A stretch of DNA of 25,134 bases from a virus (Duplodnaviria; Caudoviricetes), in IMG/VR virus record IMGVR_UViG_3300034013_000063, positions 1-25,134 of that record, one strand, 5' to 3'. Made by a program: the position numbers and the translations under genes. The notes under the pieces are model-generated. The model saw only the letters and a list, made by a program, of their open reading frames with translations, had not been told where the DNA came from and did not search any database. Shown piece by piece: positions 1-8,921 of the stretch (position 1 is its first letter; each line of letters opens with the position of its first letter).

Positions 1-959
1 AGCTGCTCGTAGGTTCCTAACTCTAAAAAGCGTGAAGCGACTTGCTCAGAGTTCGTAATAGACTCGCGGACAGATCCGTCTTTGAGCGTCCATCCTTCGA
101 TGGTTTCCCCCTCACTCAGTCTGCGTCTAGCCTCAGATTTGCAAGCCTCAATCACAGCCTCAGCTTGAGCCGCTCTGTCGAGGAATTGAGCCAGATGGAT
201 GGATGTTAGGGTCGCAGCAATCGCGTCCGGCGTGATGCCTTCTGGAGCGTTGGCAAGTGGTCCGGTGACTGCGAGTTCGCGAGCTTCGGAGCAATAGGGT
301 TTCCCCTTACAATACTTGCAAGCGGACTCGCTCGGAGTGCGCGGTTGATCCGGTTCCATGATCGCGGCCATCAGCGACTGCGACTCACGCACCGCATCCA
401 TCAGGTCTCCTAACTCGTAGGAGGCTACGCTCGGAGGTCCAGCTAGAGGTTGGATGATTGCGACCGTGATTGCCTCAAGAGTGAATCCAAAGGACTCATG
501 CAGCAGAGCGACCAAGCAGCGCAACTGGAGGTTCTCCGCTGCGTTCTCGACTAAGCCGCGACCAGACTTGTAGTCGATGATAAGAGCGCGGTCCCCCTCG
601 ACGTAGACGACATCTGGCTTACCGCTCCACAACCGTTTGTCTTCTTGACCCAGACCGTAGTTCTGGAGCGACCAAAGCCGTTTCTCGCGGAAGACTTGCG
701 GCTCCTCGGTGGAGGTTGAGAACACTTGTTTGACCAACTCCAACTCCTGCTCACGGCAGCGTTCGATGATGTAAGTCTCGTCTGTCGTTAGATTCTCAAC
801 CGGCTCCAGCCCCAGAGCGGCATGGATGCGGTTGCCGGTCGCAGCGTCAGCGGTTGACTCGGTCTCTGCGATTGCCTTCTCCAACTGCCAACTCCCCAAA
901 CAAGAAGCGTACCGGCTGGCTGCTGATGCGCTCGGGAGACCACTACGCTCGTCATTCAT
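1..959 (-). CDS. Cas4-like PD-(D/E)XK exonuclease (DUF2800/PDDEXK_1-like), runs off the left window edge
   Basis: Not in the ORF track; hand-translated from ATG at 959, which overlaps the bet stop: MNDERSGLPSASAASRYASCLGS...GNRIHAAL...FREKRL...WSGKPDVV...LIIDYKSG...NLQLRC...SESACKYCKGKPYC. Open to base 1. Has the PD...DYK nuclease motif, the QL motif and one N-terminal plus three C-terminal Cys (Fe-S staple pattern). Confidence 0.88.
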   Translation of the reverse strand, partial: MNDERSGLPSASAASRYASCLGSWQLEKAIAETESTADAATGNRIHAALGLEPVENLTTDETYIIERCREQELELVKQVFSTSTEEPQVFREKRLWSLQNYGLGQEDKRLWSGKPDVVYVEGDRALIIDYKSGRGLVENAAENLQLRCLVALLHESFGFTLEAITVAIIQPLAGPPSVASYELGDLMDAVRESQSLMAAIMEPDQPRTPSESACKYCKGKPYCSEARELAVTGPLANAPEGITPDAIAATLTSIHLAQFLDRAAQAEAVIEACKSEARRRLSEGETIEGWTLKDGSVRESITNSEQVASRFLELGTYEQ

Positions 960-1635
960 TGGACTTCCCTTCGTTTAGAATGGCTTCGGTGGGTTGGACC
1001 GTAGCGGTAGGGATCGGATTGTTCTCGGGGAGGTACTCGTGCGGTTGCGGCTCCACCTTCGGCTCCAGCTTGCTGCGGAAGATTGGACGCGAAGGAGTGA
1101 CGTTGACTTGAACTTGAGGAGTCGCTTCCTCCTCATCAGTGATGCCAGAAAACCCAAATGCTACGCGAGCGCATTGAATCAGAGCTTTGTGGCGCAACAT
1201 CCTGCGAGGATTGACTTTCCACGGCTCCGTTGCGCGATTGCACTCTGAGAAGAACTCGGTGATCTCGACTGGATGCGACCGTTCTTTGTGGTGAATCGTA
1301 GCAGTGACCGAGTGAGGCTTCCCGTCTTTGTCTTCGGTCTTGAACTCGATGCCGTCAAACTGCGGATGCGAGTTCATCATTTTAATCCAACCGTCCACGC
1401 TGACCACTGGCTGAATACCGCCGTTTCGAGCGGGAAAAGCGTAGATTTCGCGGGTAAACGGGTTGAGTCCGTACTGGTTAGCAACGACGACAAACGAGAG
1501 CATCTCCTCGTTCGTTGCTTTGGGCATCAGGGTCGAGCGAAGAGTCTCCAGCAACTTGGCTGGCTCAACGCTAAATTTGCTCGCCATTACGGCGAGCGCG
1601 GACTGCTTTGTCTGAGGTATTAGTTCGTTTTTCAT
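952..1635 (-). CDS. bet: Phage single-strand annealing recombinase, Red-beta/RecT family (227 aa)
   Basis: VANQYGLNPFTREIYAFP...GGIQPVVSVDGWIKMMNSHPQFDGIEF and PW...PRRMLRHKALIQCARVAFGFSGI closely match lambda Bet motifs. Start moved from 1743 to ATG 1635 (MKNELIP). Confidence 0.93.
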   Translation of the reverse strand: MKNELIPQTKQSALAVMASKFSVEPAKLLETLRSTLMPKATNEEMLSFVVVANQYGLNPFTREIYAFPARNGGIQPVVSVDGWIKMMNSHPQFDGIEFKTEDKDGKPHSVTATIHHKERSHPVEITEFFSECNRATEPWKVNPRRMLRHKALIQCARVAFGFSGITDEEEATPQVQVNVTPSRPIFRSKLEPKVEPQPHEYLPENNPIPTATVQPTEAILNEGKSNE

Positions 1636-1771
1636 AGGTTTTCGGCCTTCCGCCTTTCCGTCCGTTTGTGCGGGAAGCAGAGGCTTTTGCAGACGATTTG
1701 GATGCTCCCAACTCCTTCGCGAGATCGCGTAGGCTTGCGGCAAAAATGCAGTTGCAGGAGGGACATTTCAT
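1571..1771 (-). CDS. Small basic putative DNA-binding regulator (CxxC plus LGxxKSxAKAxASRxNGRKGGRP motif)
   Basis: 66 aa, N-terminal CPSC, K/R-rich with a KGGRP (KGG/AT-hook-like) motif. Lies just downstream of a promoter-like sequence and overlaps bet by 65 nt. Confidence 0.65.
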   Translation of the reverse strand: MKCPSCNCIFAASLRDLAKELGASKSSAKASASRTNGRKGGRPKTYEKRTNTSDKAVRARRNGEQI

Positions 1772-1782
1772 CGACAGGAGAA

Positions 1783-1811
1783 CCGATAACCCAACGGTGG
1801 GTTTCTGTCAA
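1783..1811 (-). promoter_or_regulatory. Putative promoter with a palindromic operator in the spacer
   Basis: TTGACA (1811-1806), 17 bp, TATCGG (weak -10). The spacer contains the inverted repeat AACCCA-ACGG-TGGGTT (1788-1803). Confidence 0.55.
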
Positions 1812-4510
1812 CCAACATCCAAGTCAACGAGTCGAATCGTCCGGTAGAGATCGCCGTTAGTTACGTCAACGTAGCTGGCTCCAACGACCGTCTCGCCAAA
1901 TCCGTAGGAGCGCATAGGTCTCCATACGGTTGCTGGTGTAATTATTCCACCAGTTGCACTAATGACTTGGTTCATGCAATCAAAGTTAAAAGAGGTGAAT
2001 CCTTTTGATCTACAATAAGTCGCAATGTCTATTTGGGTTACAATGTAGTAATACTGCATTACCAAAGGGTCATTATCAAATATCTTTTTGGCTTGGATTC
2101 CATTGGCAATCAAAGAGTCATACTGTTCTGGGGTGATAAAAAAAGACGGGCCAAATTGAGTGTCTAAGACAGTTGTTGTTGTGTCATTTGGCATAAAATT
2201 GCCAAGATTTGACGGAAACAATATTCCAGAACTGTTAAATTCATAAATAGGACACCAGATCTCACCGTGAGCTAATGGAACCGCTCGATTCCATCCGCTA
2301 ACGTGAGCTTCTAGCAAGTTCCATAGGAAAGCGGATTTTGGGATTTTGTGATAAAATTCCCCAATGCCGTCGTAATTAAGAGCGTTAGCTGTTGAACTAT
2401 AAGGAAGATTGAAATATGACTCACCCATCCATCTTATGTCAGAAATCTGAGCTTGCGCTGAAGTTGTGACAGAAATTTGACCGTAAAAAGGTGCCAAACC
2501 AGCCATTGCTGGATTGTTAAGATCTTTGAATACGTCATCAGCAACACCAGTGCTTTGGACAGTCTGATTTGGCTTGCCAAGTATTCTAACAGAAGCGTCA
2601 ACACCGCCTTTGCCTCCCCATTTGTTGATCCAGAAATCAGACCCAAATACATTGGTTATAGTAGGAGCAAGCGGGTCAGTTGTGTAGACTCTTTGCAGAT
2701 CGTAATCGTAAACGCTGCTTGAGAATCCCCACGGTCCACCGGCAGGAACATAAGCGCAATCGACGGCTGGATGGTAATTTTCAGATCCTATTGCTGTCCC
2801 AATCTGAGGAAAAACGTGACCGTAAAGACCACTGTAATTGCTCGGTTGAGCAATTATGTAGGTCTTCTTTGCTGATATGTATGGAGTACCAATCCATGCA
2901 CCAACGCCAAATCCTTTTGGTCTTAAATCCGTCCGCAACTCTATTACGTTTGCGGTTCGCTCGTAGTTTGGCAAATCACTAAAAGCGTTTGCGTCATAAT
3001 TTTCAATCCCCCTAGCCGTTGAGGCTACTACTTGTAATCCAAGAGGAGTTAACCTGACAACCCCAACTTTTTCTTCGGGTATATCGACTACATCGTCATA
3101 ATTGACAAGAAATCCTTCTTCTACTGCAATCCGTCTGCGAAGAGTTCGCATCGTTTCCATCCACGTTGGGACGTTACCAGCTTGCCATTGAGTTGCGGTC
3201 TGAGGTGCTGCTACATTTTGAGTGTAGTAAACATATGGATAGGCGGTTATGATGTATGTTGTTGTTGGATTAATTTGCCAATAAGGCGCGTTGCCATAAC
3301 GGAACACATTGCAATCAATAGGATATATCCTAATGATTGCATTGGGTCTTTTAGTGGTCATCGTTAATACGTCATAATTAGCATCTACGTTAATTCCTAT
3401 ACGTTCTAATTTTGGAATAAAGTCTGTAACGCCAGTAAAGATTGTGATGTAATCTTCAAATACAGCATTAGTAAGACTGCTGTAAATTTGAACCCTAGCG
3501 CGTCCCCAAGTGAAGATCGCATCACCAATTGTTGTGTTTGCATCCGTAGGGTCCGCATATTCTGGATACATTGTGCGGATGTCGTACATATATCGCGCAT
3601 CCACCCAAGCTCCCATTGCTCGCATCCACTGGAGAGCAATGAATGGGTTGGCAATGTTGTTGGCTTTAGCTGACCGCTCCAAGCGCACAGCCATCGAGTC
3701 GTTCAATATTCCATACATTGGCGGACCACCGGCAAAGTAAGGAACGTCTCCGTCGAAGTAAGGGAAGAAATATGTGCAAGCAGAGCCTCCCGGCCAAGTT
3801 GTGGCCCAAGTACCGTCAGCGCGTCTTCTAAACGATCTACAGCCCATTGCAGGGACTGTCTTGCGTTCTGCTGATCCGTCGGGCAATTGGAGCAAAACTG
3901 TTGCGTCTCGGCTTCCGCAATTATGAACTCTCCAGCAATCAAACCGCTGGTATGAACTCAGAATCTTAAACGTCGTTACGCCTTCAAGCTTAATCTCAGC
4001 GACAGCGATCTTGTGCTTGTGGATTCTGCCGGGAGGCAACGAAGGAGCAGAGCTAACTGAAGAAAAGTAAGATCTGACGTATGATAGATAGCCGGAATCC
4101 CAATCGTCCCATCCTAAATGAACATCGTAATCTACACCGTCAATCGTGCGTTTGTGTAACTCAAATGATAATTGAATAGCCCCAACGTTGCAATACGCTG
4201 GATCGTAAGCATCAACGTATTGATCAACATAAACCTGACCGCCAGCAACGTCTAAGTGTTTGCTTTCTAACTTAGAAAGCTCAATTGCAATCTGAGTTTG
4301 AGATAAAGTGCTTCCGTCTACATAGAAGCTTGTGTCTTCGTCTCTGCAATAATCGTATGGAACTCCAAAAGGTATTTTTTGACCAAGACCAACAACATAC
4401 GGAGTTTTCCCGTCTAATGTTCTGACGCACTTGTTGTCAAAACGAGAGTACAGATCGTTTAAATTTCTGCGACTCCACATCTTTTCATTTCTATCAATTG
4501 CCAATGGCAT
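1808..4510 (-). CDS. Large tail-tip / host-recognition virion protein (900 aa), family not recognised
   Basis: Longest ORF and last gene of the tail module. Rich in Y/W/G/N/T, with AT-rich patches. Function inferred from position only. Confidence 0.6.
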   Translation of the reverse strand: MPLAIDRNEKMWSRRNLNDLYSRFDNKCVRTLDGKTPYVVGLGQKIPFGVPYDYCRDEDTSFYVDGSTLSQTQIAIELSKLESKHLDVAGGQVYVDQYVDAYDPAYCNVGAIQLSFELHKRTIDGVDYDVHLGWDDWDSGYLSYVRSYFSSVSSAPSLPPGRIHKHKIAVAEIKLEGVTTFKILSSYQRFDCWRVHNCGSRDATVLLQLPDGSAERKTVPAMGCRSFRRRADGTWATTWPGGSACTYFFPYFDGDVPYFAGGPPMYGILNDSMAVRLERSAKANNIANPFIALQWMRAMGAWVDARYMYDIRTMYPEYADPTDANTTIGDAIFTWGRARVQIYSSLTNAVFEDYITIFTGVTDFIPKLERIGINVDANYDVLTMTTKRPNAIIRIYPIDCNVFRYGNAPYWQINPTTTYIITAYPYVYYTQNVAAPQTATQWQAGNVPTWMETMRTLRRRIAVEEGFLVNYDDVVDIPEEKVGVVRLTPLGLQVVASTARGIENYDANAFSDLPNYERTANVIELRTDLRPKGFGVGAWIGTPYISAKKTYIIAQPSNYSGLYGHVFPQIGTAIGSENYHPAVDCAYVPAGGPWGFSSSVYDYDLQRVYTTDPLAPTITNVFGSDFWINKWGGKGGVDASVRILGKPNQTVQSTGVADDVFKDLNNPAMAGLAPFYGQISVTTSAQAQISDIRWMGESYFNLPYSSTANALNYDGIGEFYHKIPKSAFLWNLLEAHVSGWNRAVPLAHGEIWCPIYEFNSSGILFPSNLGNFMPNDTTTTVLDTQFGPSFFITPEQYDSLIANGIQAKKIFDNDPLVMQYYYIVTQIDIATYCRSKGFTSFNFDCMNQVISATGGIITPATVWRPMRSYGFGETVVGASYVDVTNGDLYRTIRLVDLDVG

Positions 4511-4511
4511 A

Positions 4512-4727
4512 TCAATAGAACCAAGATTCCTCCGAGGTTGTCATTGTGACTGTCTTTCCAGTCTGCTTTATCTTGAGCGTCGTGCCATTCGGAGTCTGCT
4601 CAATCGCTTGATCAGGTCCGGCAACAAGCTGAATTTTGCGGACAACATCAATCAGTTGGTTGATAGCGCGAGCGTGTTCTGCTTTGATACCACGCTCTGC
4701 AACTTTAGATGGTAGTGTAACAGCCAT
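4512..4727 (-). CDS. Small tail-tip/baseplate-region protein (71 aa)
   Basis: Translationally coupled (TAATG) to the upstream gene. Helical AINQLIDVVR followed by beta-like IEQTPNGTTLKI. Confidence 0.6.
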   Translation of the reverse strand: MAVTLPSKVAERGIKAEHARAINQLIDVVRKIQLVAGPDQAIEQTPNGTTLKIKQTGKTVTMTTSEESWFY

Positions 4728-5092
4728 TAGATCTCGCAGAATTGAGCGAAGATTTTAACGCTTGATCCGCTAGTAACTGCTTTCAGATACAGGTTAGCAT
4801 CAACTCGCGGAATAAGCATGAACTCTCCAGCAGGGATTTGGAACTGGTAAGGAGTAGAAACCCCAACATAGACCGCATATTGCAAGTCTAGGTTCTTGAT
4901 CAACACTTTGTACGGCAAAGACAGATCGGCAGCAATCTCCAGCAATTCATCAGCAGCAGAACCGATATCTTGGGTATTTTGACCCATGTCGGTTCCAGTC
5001 ATGTTTGATGTAGTGGTAAAAGTCTGCGAGTTGATTGATGCACCATTTTTGGATGCGTACAACCTAGCGGACATTTCGATCTCGTTTGCCAT
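4727..5092 (-). CDS. Virion structural protein, paralog B (121 aa)
   Basis: Aligns end to end with 5104..5463 (MANEIEMSARLYASK...DMG...PYK...NLD...IPAGE...LYL...FCEI). Confidence 0.75.
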   Translation of the reverse strand: MANEIEMSARLYASKNGASINSQTFTTTSNMTGTDMGQNTQDIGSAADELLEIAADLSLPYKVLIKNLDLQYAVYVGVSTPYQFQIPAGEFMLIPRVDANLYLKAVTSGSSVKIFAQFCEI

Positions 5093-5103
5093 GATTCAGT
5101 TGG

Positions 5104-5463
5104 TTAAATCTCGCAGAACGTTGCTTGAATGGTCACGGCAGAGGTATTCGCTAGGAGATACAACGTCGCGCTAACGTAGGGCATTAGCATCGTCTCACCA
5201 GCGGGAATACGCATCGTGTAAGTTCCAGAGACAAATCCAAGCTCAACATAGTTGGTATTGTCCAAGTTGGCGATCAGGAGCTTGTAGGGACTGGCTACAT
5301 CAACCGGAACGTCAAGAGCTTCAACGGTGGTTCCAATCAATTGGGTTTGTGAACCCATATCGACTCCAGCCATCGTTGCGCTTTTGGTGTAGGTTACGCT
5401 CGGAAGAAACGCTCCACCTTTGGAAGCGTACAAGCGAGCAGTCATTTGAATTTCGTCAGCCAT
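5104..5463 (-). CDS. Virion structural protein, paralog A (119 aa)
   Basis: Beta-rich ORF in the tail module and tandem paralog of 4727..5092. Confidence 0.75.
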   Translation of the reverse strand: MADEIQMTARLYASKGGAFLPSVTYTKSATMAGVDMGSQTQLIGTTVEALDVPVDVASPYKLLIANLDNTNYVELGFVSGTYTMRIPAGETMLMPYVSATLYLLANTSAVTIQATFCEI

Positions 5464-5479
5464 GTTATGTTAGGTTAGG

Positions 5480-6313
5480 TTATCTGAGTAAACTAGGGTC
5501 TACGTTGTAAGGATATGCAAAAAGATCCCAAGCTGCAAAGGTCCAAGTCTCATTGCGCTCTACTTGGTTGGTCTTGATGGTAAGCGAGGTTGAGTCGTTT
5601 GTCTTAAGCCAAGCCCAAGCCGTTCCTGATGGCGTTAAATTAGGATTAGCTGGCGGTCTCGGCATCACGTTTTTAACTGATGTCGGGAATAAATTTATGT
5701 TTGCAAGATTAATGCCATCGTAAACAGCCGATATAATCGGTGGAGTTGATGGCAATCCGTTTAGAGCAGAATAAGACGATATCCGAGTCAATGAACAGCG
5801 GGAGGTCTGAAAGCTAGTTTGACCGCGAGCAAACTTTTTGATCAATTCATAAGCCAAAGGAAATTGGCTTTGTGACATTGGGAGCTTGTTGTTCTTGGGA
5901 TCATCTCCAGAAGCCCTGACCGCTGAATAGTATTCTTCCTCTGAGATGTATGTTCTGGCCTCGGCTCTTACTTGCGGCAGTTCAAACAAAGAAGCATCAA
6001 CGTATTCAGTCCTGAACTCGTAACGCTGAGACGGTTCTTCATCTCCTGCCGGTTGCGGAGCGGTAGGATTATTGGTGTTAAAGTTGGTCCCAGAAAAAGT
6101 AACCGTTGCTTCAGAGTACGGACCCTTTTCGATAATTTGGTATTTGCCTCCAGCAATAACCCAGTTAACTGAAGCACTACGCAAAGCGTCTTTGCTTCCT
6201 CGATATGTATAGATTATCTGCCTACCAGTACCATCACCTCCGCTGTATTCTCGGGAAACTTCAATGTATGCAGTATCAACTGGAGTAATGACACTGGTTT
6301 TAATCGTAGCCAT
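5480..6313 (-). CDS. Tail protein after the tape measure (distal tail/hub position, 277 aa)
   Basis: Immediately follows the TMP. Position-based call. Confidence 0.55.
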   Translation of the reverse strand: MATIKTSVITPVDTAYIEVSREYSGGDGTGRQIIYTYRGSKDALRSASVNWVIAGGKYQIIEKGPYSEATVTFSGTNFNTNNPTAPQPAGDEEPSQRYEFRTEYVDASLFELPQVRAEARTYISEEEYYSAVRASGDDPKNNKLPMSQSQFPLAYELIKKFARGQTSFQTSRCSLTRISSYSALNGLPSTPPIISAVYDGINLANINLFPTSVKNVMPRPPANPNLTPSGTAWAWLKTNDSTSLTIKTNQVERNETWTFAAWDLFAYPYNVDPSLLR

Positions 6314-6314
6314 A

Positions 6315-7382
6315 TCAATCTTCGGTGTTACTTGCGGTCTTACCAGTATTTTTCACAATCATCTTCAATTGAAGAGTTTGTTCAATGGCTTGTCTAATAA
6401 CTGTATCTTGTGCGCCCTGAAATCCACTGAATCCACCAATGCGAGCAAGAGGATCTTGAGAACCACCAAGCGAAAACTTGTCTCCTTTAACCCTTTCAAA
6501 CTGCGGTGTTCCTATAGGAGGAGGATTAGCCGGACCACCTGTTGAGGTTTGCCTATCTGCCGCAATTCTCTGTTGAACTATTCTTGCCAACGCTTCATCT
6601 GGCATTCTGCTTTCATAGATAGATTTAACAGCTTTGTTGGTTCTTTCTAATCTCTGAATAAAATTTTCAGTTGGTTTTGTGCCACGTTTAAGAGCTTCAG
6701 CAGTTGCTGTGATGCCAGCCGCAATAACTGGTGATGCTAAGGCTTTAACAATTCTCAATTGTTCATCAAGAAGAGTGTTAGCTTTTGCTAATACGTCAAT
6801 ATCACTGCTAGAAATTAAAGTTCTTTGTGATGTAGTGTTGTAATCAGCAAGAGCAGAAGCTGCTGTTTTAAGTTTTAGCCCATAAATCTCAATCATTGCA
6901 GCAGTTGTCTCTGCTGACTTTCCAGAGTTCTTGTGAGCTTCTGCGGCTTTAACAGCACCGTCAATAGTGGTCAACTGTATGTCATACAATTGCTCTGTTG
7001 TAAAACCTAAAGCTTTAAGCGTCTTAAGAGCGTCTTGATCTCCTGATGTTGCTTTAAGCCTAACTTGTTCAAACTTTGCTAGAACAGAACCAAACTTATC
7101 GAAAGTTACTCCAGTTTCTCCGGCTAATATTTGAAGCCTTTGAATCTGGTCGGTGCTTAGGTTGAGTTGTTCTGATAAATCTTGGATTTTATCTGCTGAC
7201 TCAATTACGTTTTTTGTAAAAGCGGCAATCGCTGCAACTGAAAGAGCGGCTCCAAGTTTACTGGCAACCGCTCCTTTAAAAGTGGTTCCAAATCTTTCAC
7301 CTAATCCCTGAGCGCGTTTGATTCCCATCTCAAATTGAGTGGAATCAATCCCAAGCTTCACCAACATCGAGAGAATACCCAT
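6315..7382 (-). CDS. Short tail tape measure protein (355 aa)
   Basis: N-terminus LVKLGIDSTQFEMGI, a hydrophobic Ala-rich stretch, and ADKIQDLSEQLNLSTDQIQRLQ are typical of TMPs. Helical and located after the tube and chaperone genes. Confidence 0.82.
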   Translation of the reverse strand: MGILSMLVKLGIDSTQFEMGIKRAQGLGERFGTTFKGAVASKLGAALSVAAIAAFTKNVIESADKIQDLSEQLNLSTDQIQRLQILAGETGVTFDKFGSVLAKFEQVRLKATSGDQDALKTLKALGFTTEQLYDIQLTTIDGAVKAAEAHKNSGKSAETTAAMIEIYGLKLKTAASALADYNTTSQRTLISSSDIDVLAKANTLLDEQLRIVKALASPVIAAGITATAEALKRGTKPTENFIQRLERTNKAVKSIYESRMPDEALARIVQQRIAADRQTSTGGPANPPPIGTPQFERVKGDKFSLGGSQDPLARIGGFSGFQGAQDTVIRQAIEQTLQLKMIVKNTGKTASNTED

Positions 7383-7383
7383 A

Positions 7384-7935
7384 TTAGTTATCTTGTTGGT
7401 TTTGCCAAATGGCTTCGCTTTGATCGTCCCACAACTGGACCTGCCCCATCATCTCGGCGTGAGCTAGAATCAGCCTTTCTGCGTCACCAAGAGGCATCCT
7501 GATAGCGTCGTCTGGTCCAATGCCAATGTTGAGACAACCAACAAGCACTCGCTCGGTCCACGGCATTGCGGGACGTTTTGATTTGCTTCCAGCCTCCATC
7601 AGCACTTCGGGAGCGGTTGATTGTTCTTTGAGCCACAACTGGAACTTGTCGGACTCCACCATGAGATTCATCCGCTGAATCCTCTTCGACCACAACCAGA
7701 GGAACAGATCCCTCCAGATGGATTTGATTGATCTAATGGACTCCAGAGGAGGCTGTGAGCAAACAAGCACAGCCTCCGCTAGATCATTGGACGTAATCTC
7801 TCCACCTAAAACGTAAGGAGACCGCAGTCTTTGCAGCAATATCGCGTGTCCTACAGTGTAGGGGACAAGCCGAACCCCAAGCACCACTGGTGCTGGAGGT
7901 CCGCTCTCTGCGAGTATTCTTGCAAGTTCTGACAC
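7384..7935 (-). CDS. Putative tail assembly chaperone (183 aa)
   Basis: Between tail tube and TMP. GTG start at 7935, 2 nt after the tube stop; the track start at 7989 overlaps the tube gene. Confidence 0.6.
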   Translation of the reverse strand: MSELARILAESGPPAPVVLGVRLVPYTVGHAILLQRLRSPYVLGGEITSNDLAEAVLVCSQPPLESIRSIKSIWRDLFLWLWSKRIQRMNLMVESDKFQLWLKEQSTAPEVLMEAGSKSKRPAMPWTERVLVGCLNIGIGPDDAIRMPLGDAERLILAHAEMMGQVQLWDDQSEAIWQNQQDN

Positions 7936-7937
7936 GA

Positions 7938-8426
7938 TTACAGAGTGATCGCTGCGGTAGCTCCGTTGATACCAGCGTATTTCACGCAAGGGAGGCTCAA
8001 CATTGCCTTTCCAGACTGAGTAAACTTAAGGCTTCCGCCTCCAATGTAAATCCAGTCGCCATTAATAGAGTCGCTTCCTGTAGGGGGAGTTCCCGCAGTG
8101 AATGCTGCTCCGATAGATATTGAATCTGCCGACGTGACGTTTACCCGTCCGTTGCCATTGGGAATTATCGCAGCAAGCAAAGCGTTCGCTGATGTTGATC
8201 CGCTTGGTATAATGTTAAAGGTTGCGGATAAGCGATCCCCTGCACTTACATTTGCAACCACTTCGCCAGATGAGTTTTTCACCTGTTCGGTGTCACATTC
8301 ATGCGTAATGTCCATACTCTCAAGAGTCGCAATTCCCGCGACCAAAGGAAGAAGGTTTGCGGAATCGTAGACTTTGACGGTAGCTTTAGTCCCGAAGACT
8401 AGACCTAGACCTTTTGATGTTGCCAT
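7938..8426 (-). CDS. Major tail tube protein (162 aa)
   Basis: Size, G/A/S/T-rich beta composition (EQVKNSSGEVV..., LSATFNII, WIYIGGGSLKFTQ) and position after the terminator-like gene. Confidence 0.7.
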   Translation of the reverse strand: MATSKGLGLVFGTKATVKVYDSANLLPLVAGIATLESMDITHECDTEQVKNSSGEVVANVSAGDRLSATFNIIPSGSTSANALLAAIIPNGNGRVNVTSADSISIGAAFTAGTPPTGSDSINGDWIYIGGGSLKFTQSGKAMLSLPCVKYAGINGATAAITL

Positions 8427-8435
8427 GTTTGGGTT

Positions 8436-8921
8436 TTATTGTTCGTTTGCTGCTGCGAAAATTGTCATGGATCGCGAAAAAGTTCTAGCTCTTTCGCTGA
8501 TGTCGTTGATGCCAAAATCTACGGGAACCGCGAATTGCGCGTTAAAGCCTCCCGAGGGATCGGTGTCTAGTGCGTCTAACTCCGCAATGTTGCCGTCAAC
8601 GTAGAGGTATTGCAGGAGATTCTCAAAGATTTGAACAACCGCCAGAGCTTGAGCCTCCGAGGTATCGTCTGCGGACAACTGGAGCGTAGCGGTAATGTCT
8701 ACCTCGCAAGTGCGGTCTAATGGATGAACAGGAACCGCAGTCGATGCGCGGACAACGATGCGCGGAAAGCTCGGCATCTGGTCCTCTAAGTCTGGATCTG
8801 CAAACGCACCGTGACCATAGCTTGTGAGACAAGTCGGAGTGCCAATAGGAGACGCTGACCAATCTTCAGCGGCAAGCCAGTCAACTAGAGCGCGTTCGGT
8901 GCGTAGAGCTACAGCGTTCAT
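8436..8921 (-). CDS. Putative tail terminator (lambda gpU-like position, 161 aa)
   Basis: Acidic, FPRIVV beta motif, immediately upstream of the tube gene. Confidence 0.55.
   Translation of the reverse strand: MNAVALRTERALVDWLAAEDWSASPIGTPTCLTSYGHGAFADPDLEDQMPSFPRIVVRASTAVPVHPLDRTCEVDITATLQLSADDTSEAQALAVVQIFENLLQYLYVDGNIAELDALDTDPSGGFNAQFAVPVDFGINDISERARTFSRSMTIFAAANEQ

Noticed and set aside
1-959. CRISPR-Cas locus suggested by the Cas4-like nuclease
   Set aside because: No repeat-spacer array and no other cas genes were seen; the context is recombination.
4727-5463. Diversity-generating retroelement TR/VR pair
   Set aside because: The duplication is a whole diverged gene, the differences are not adenine-specific, and no reverse transcriptase is present.
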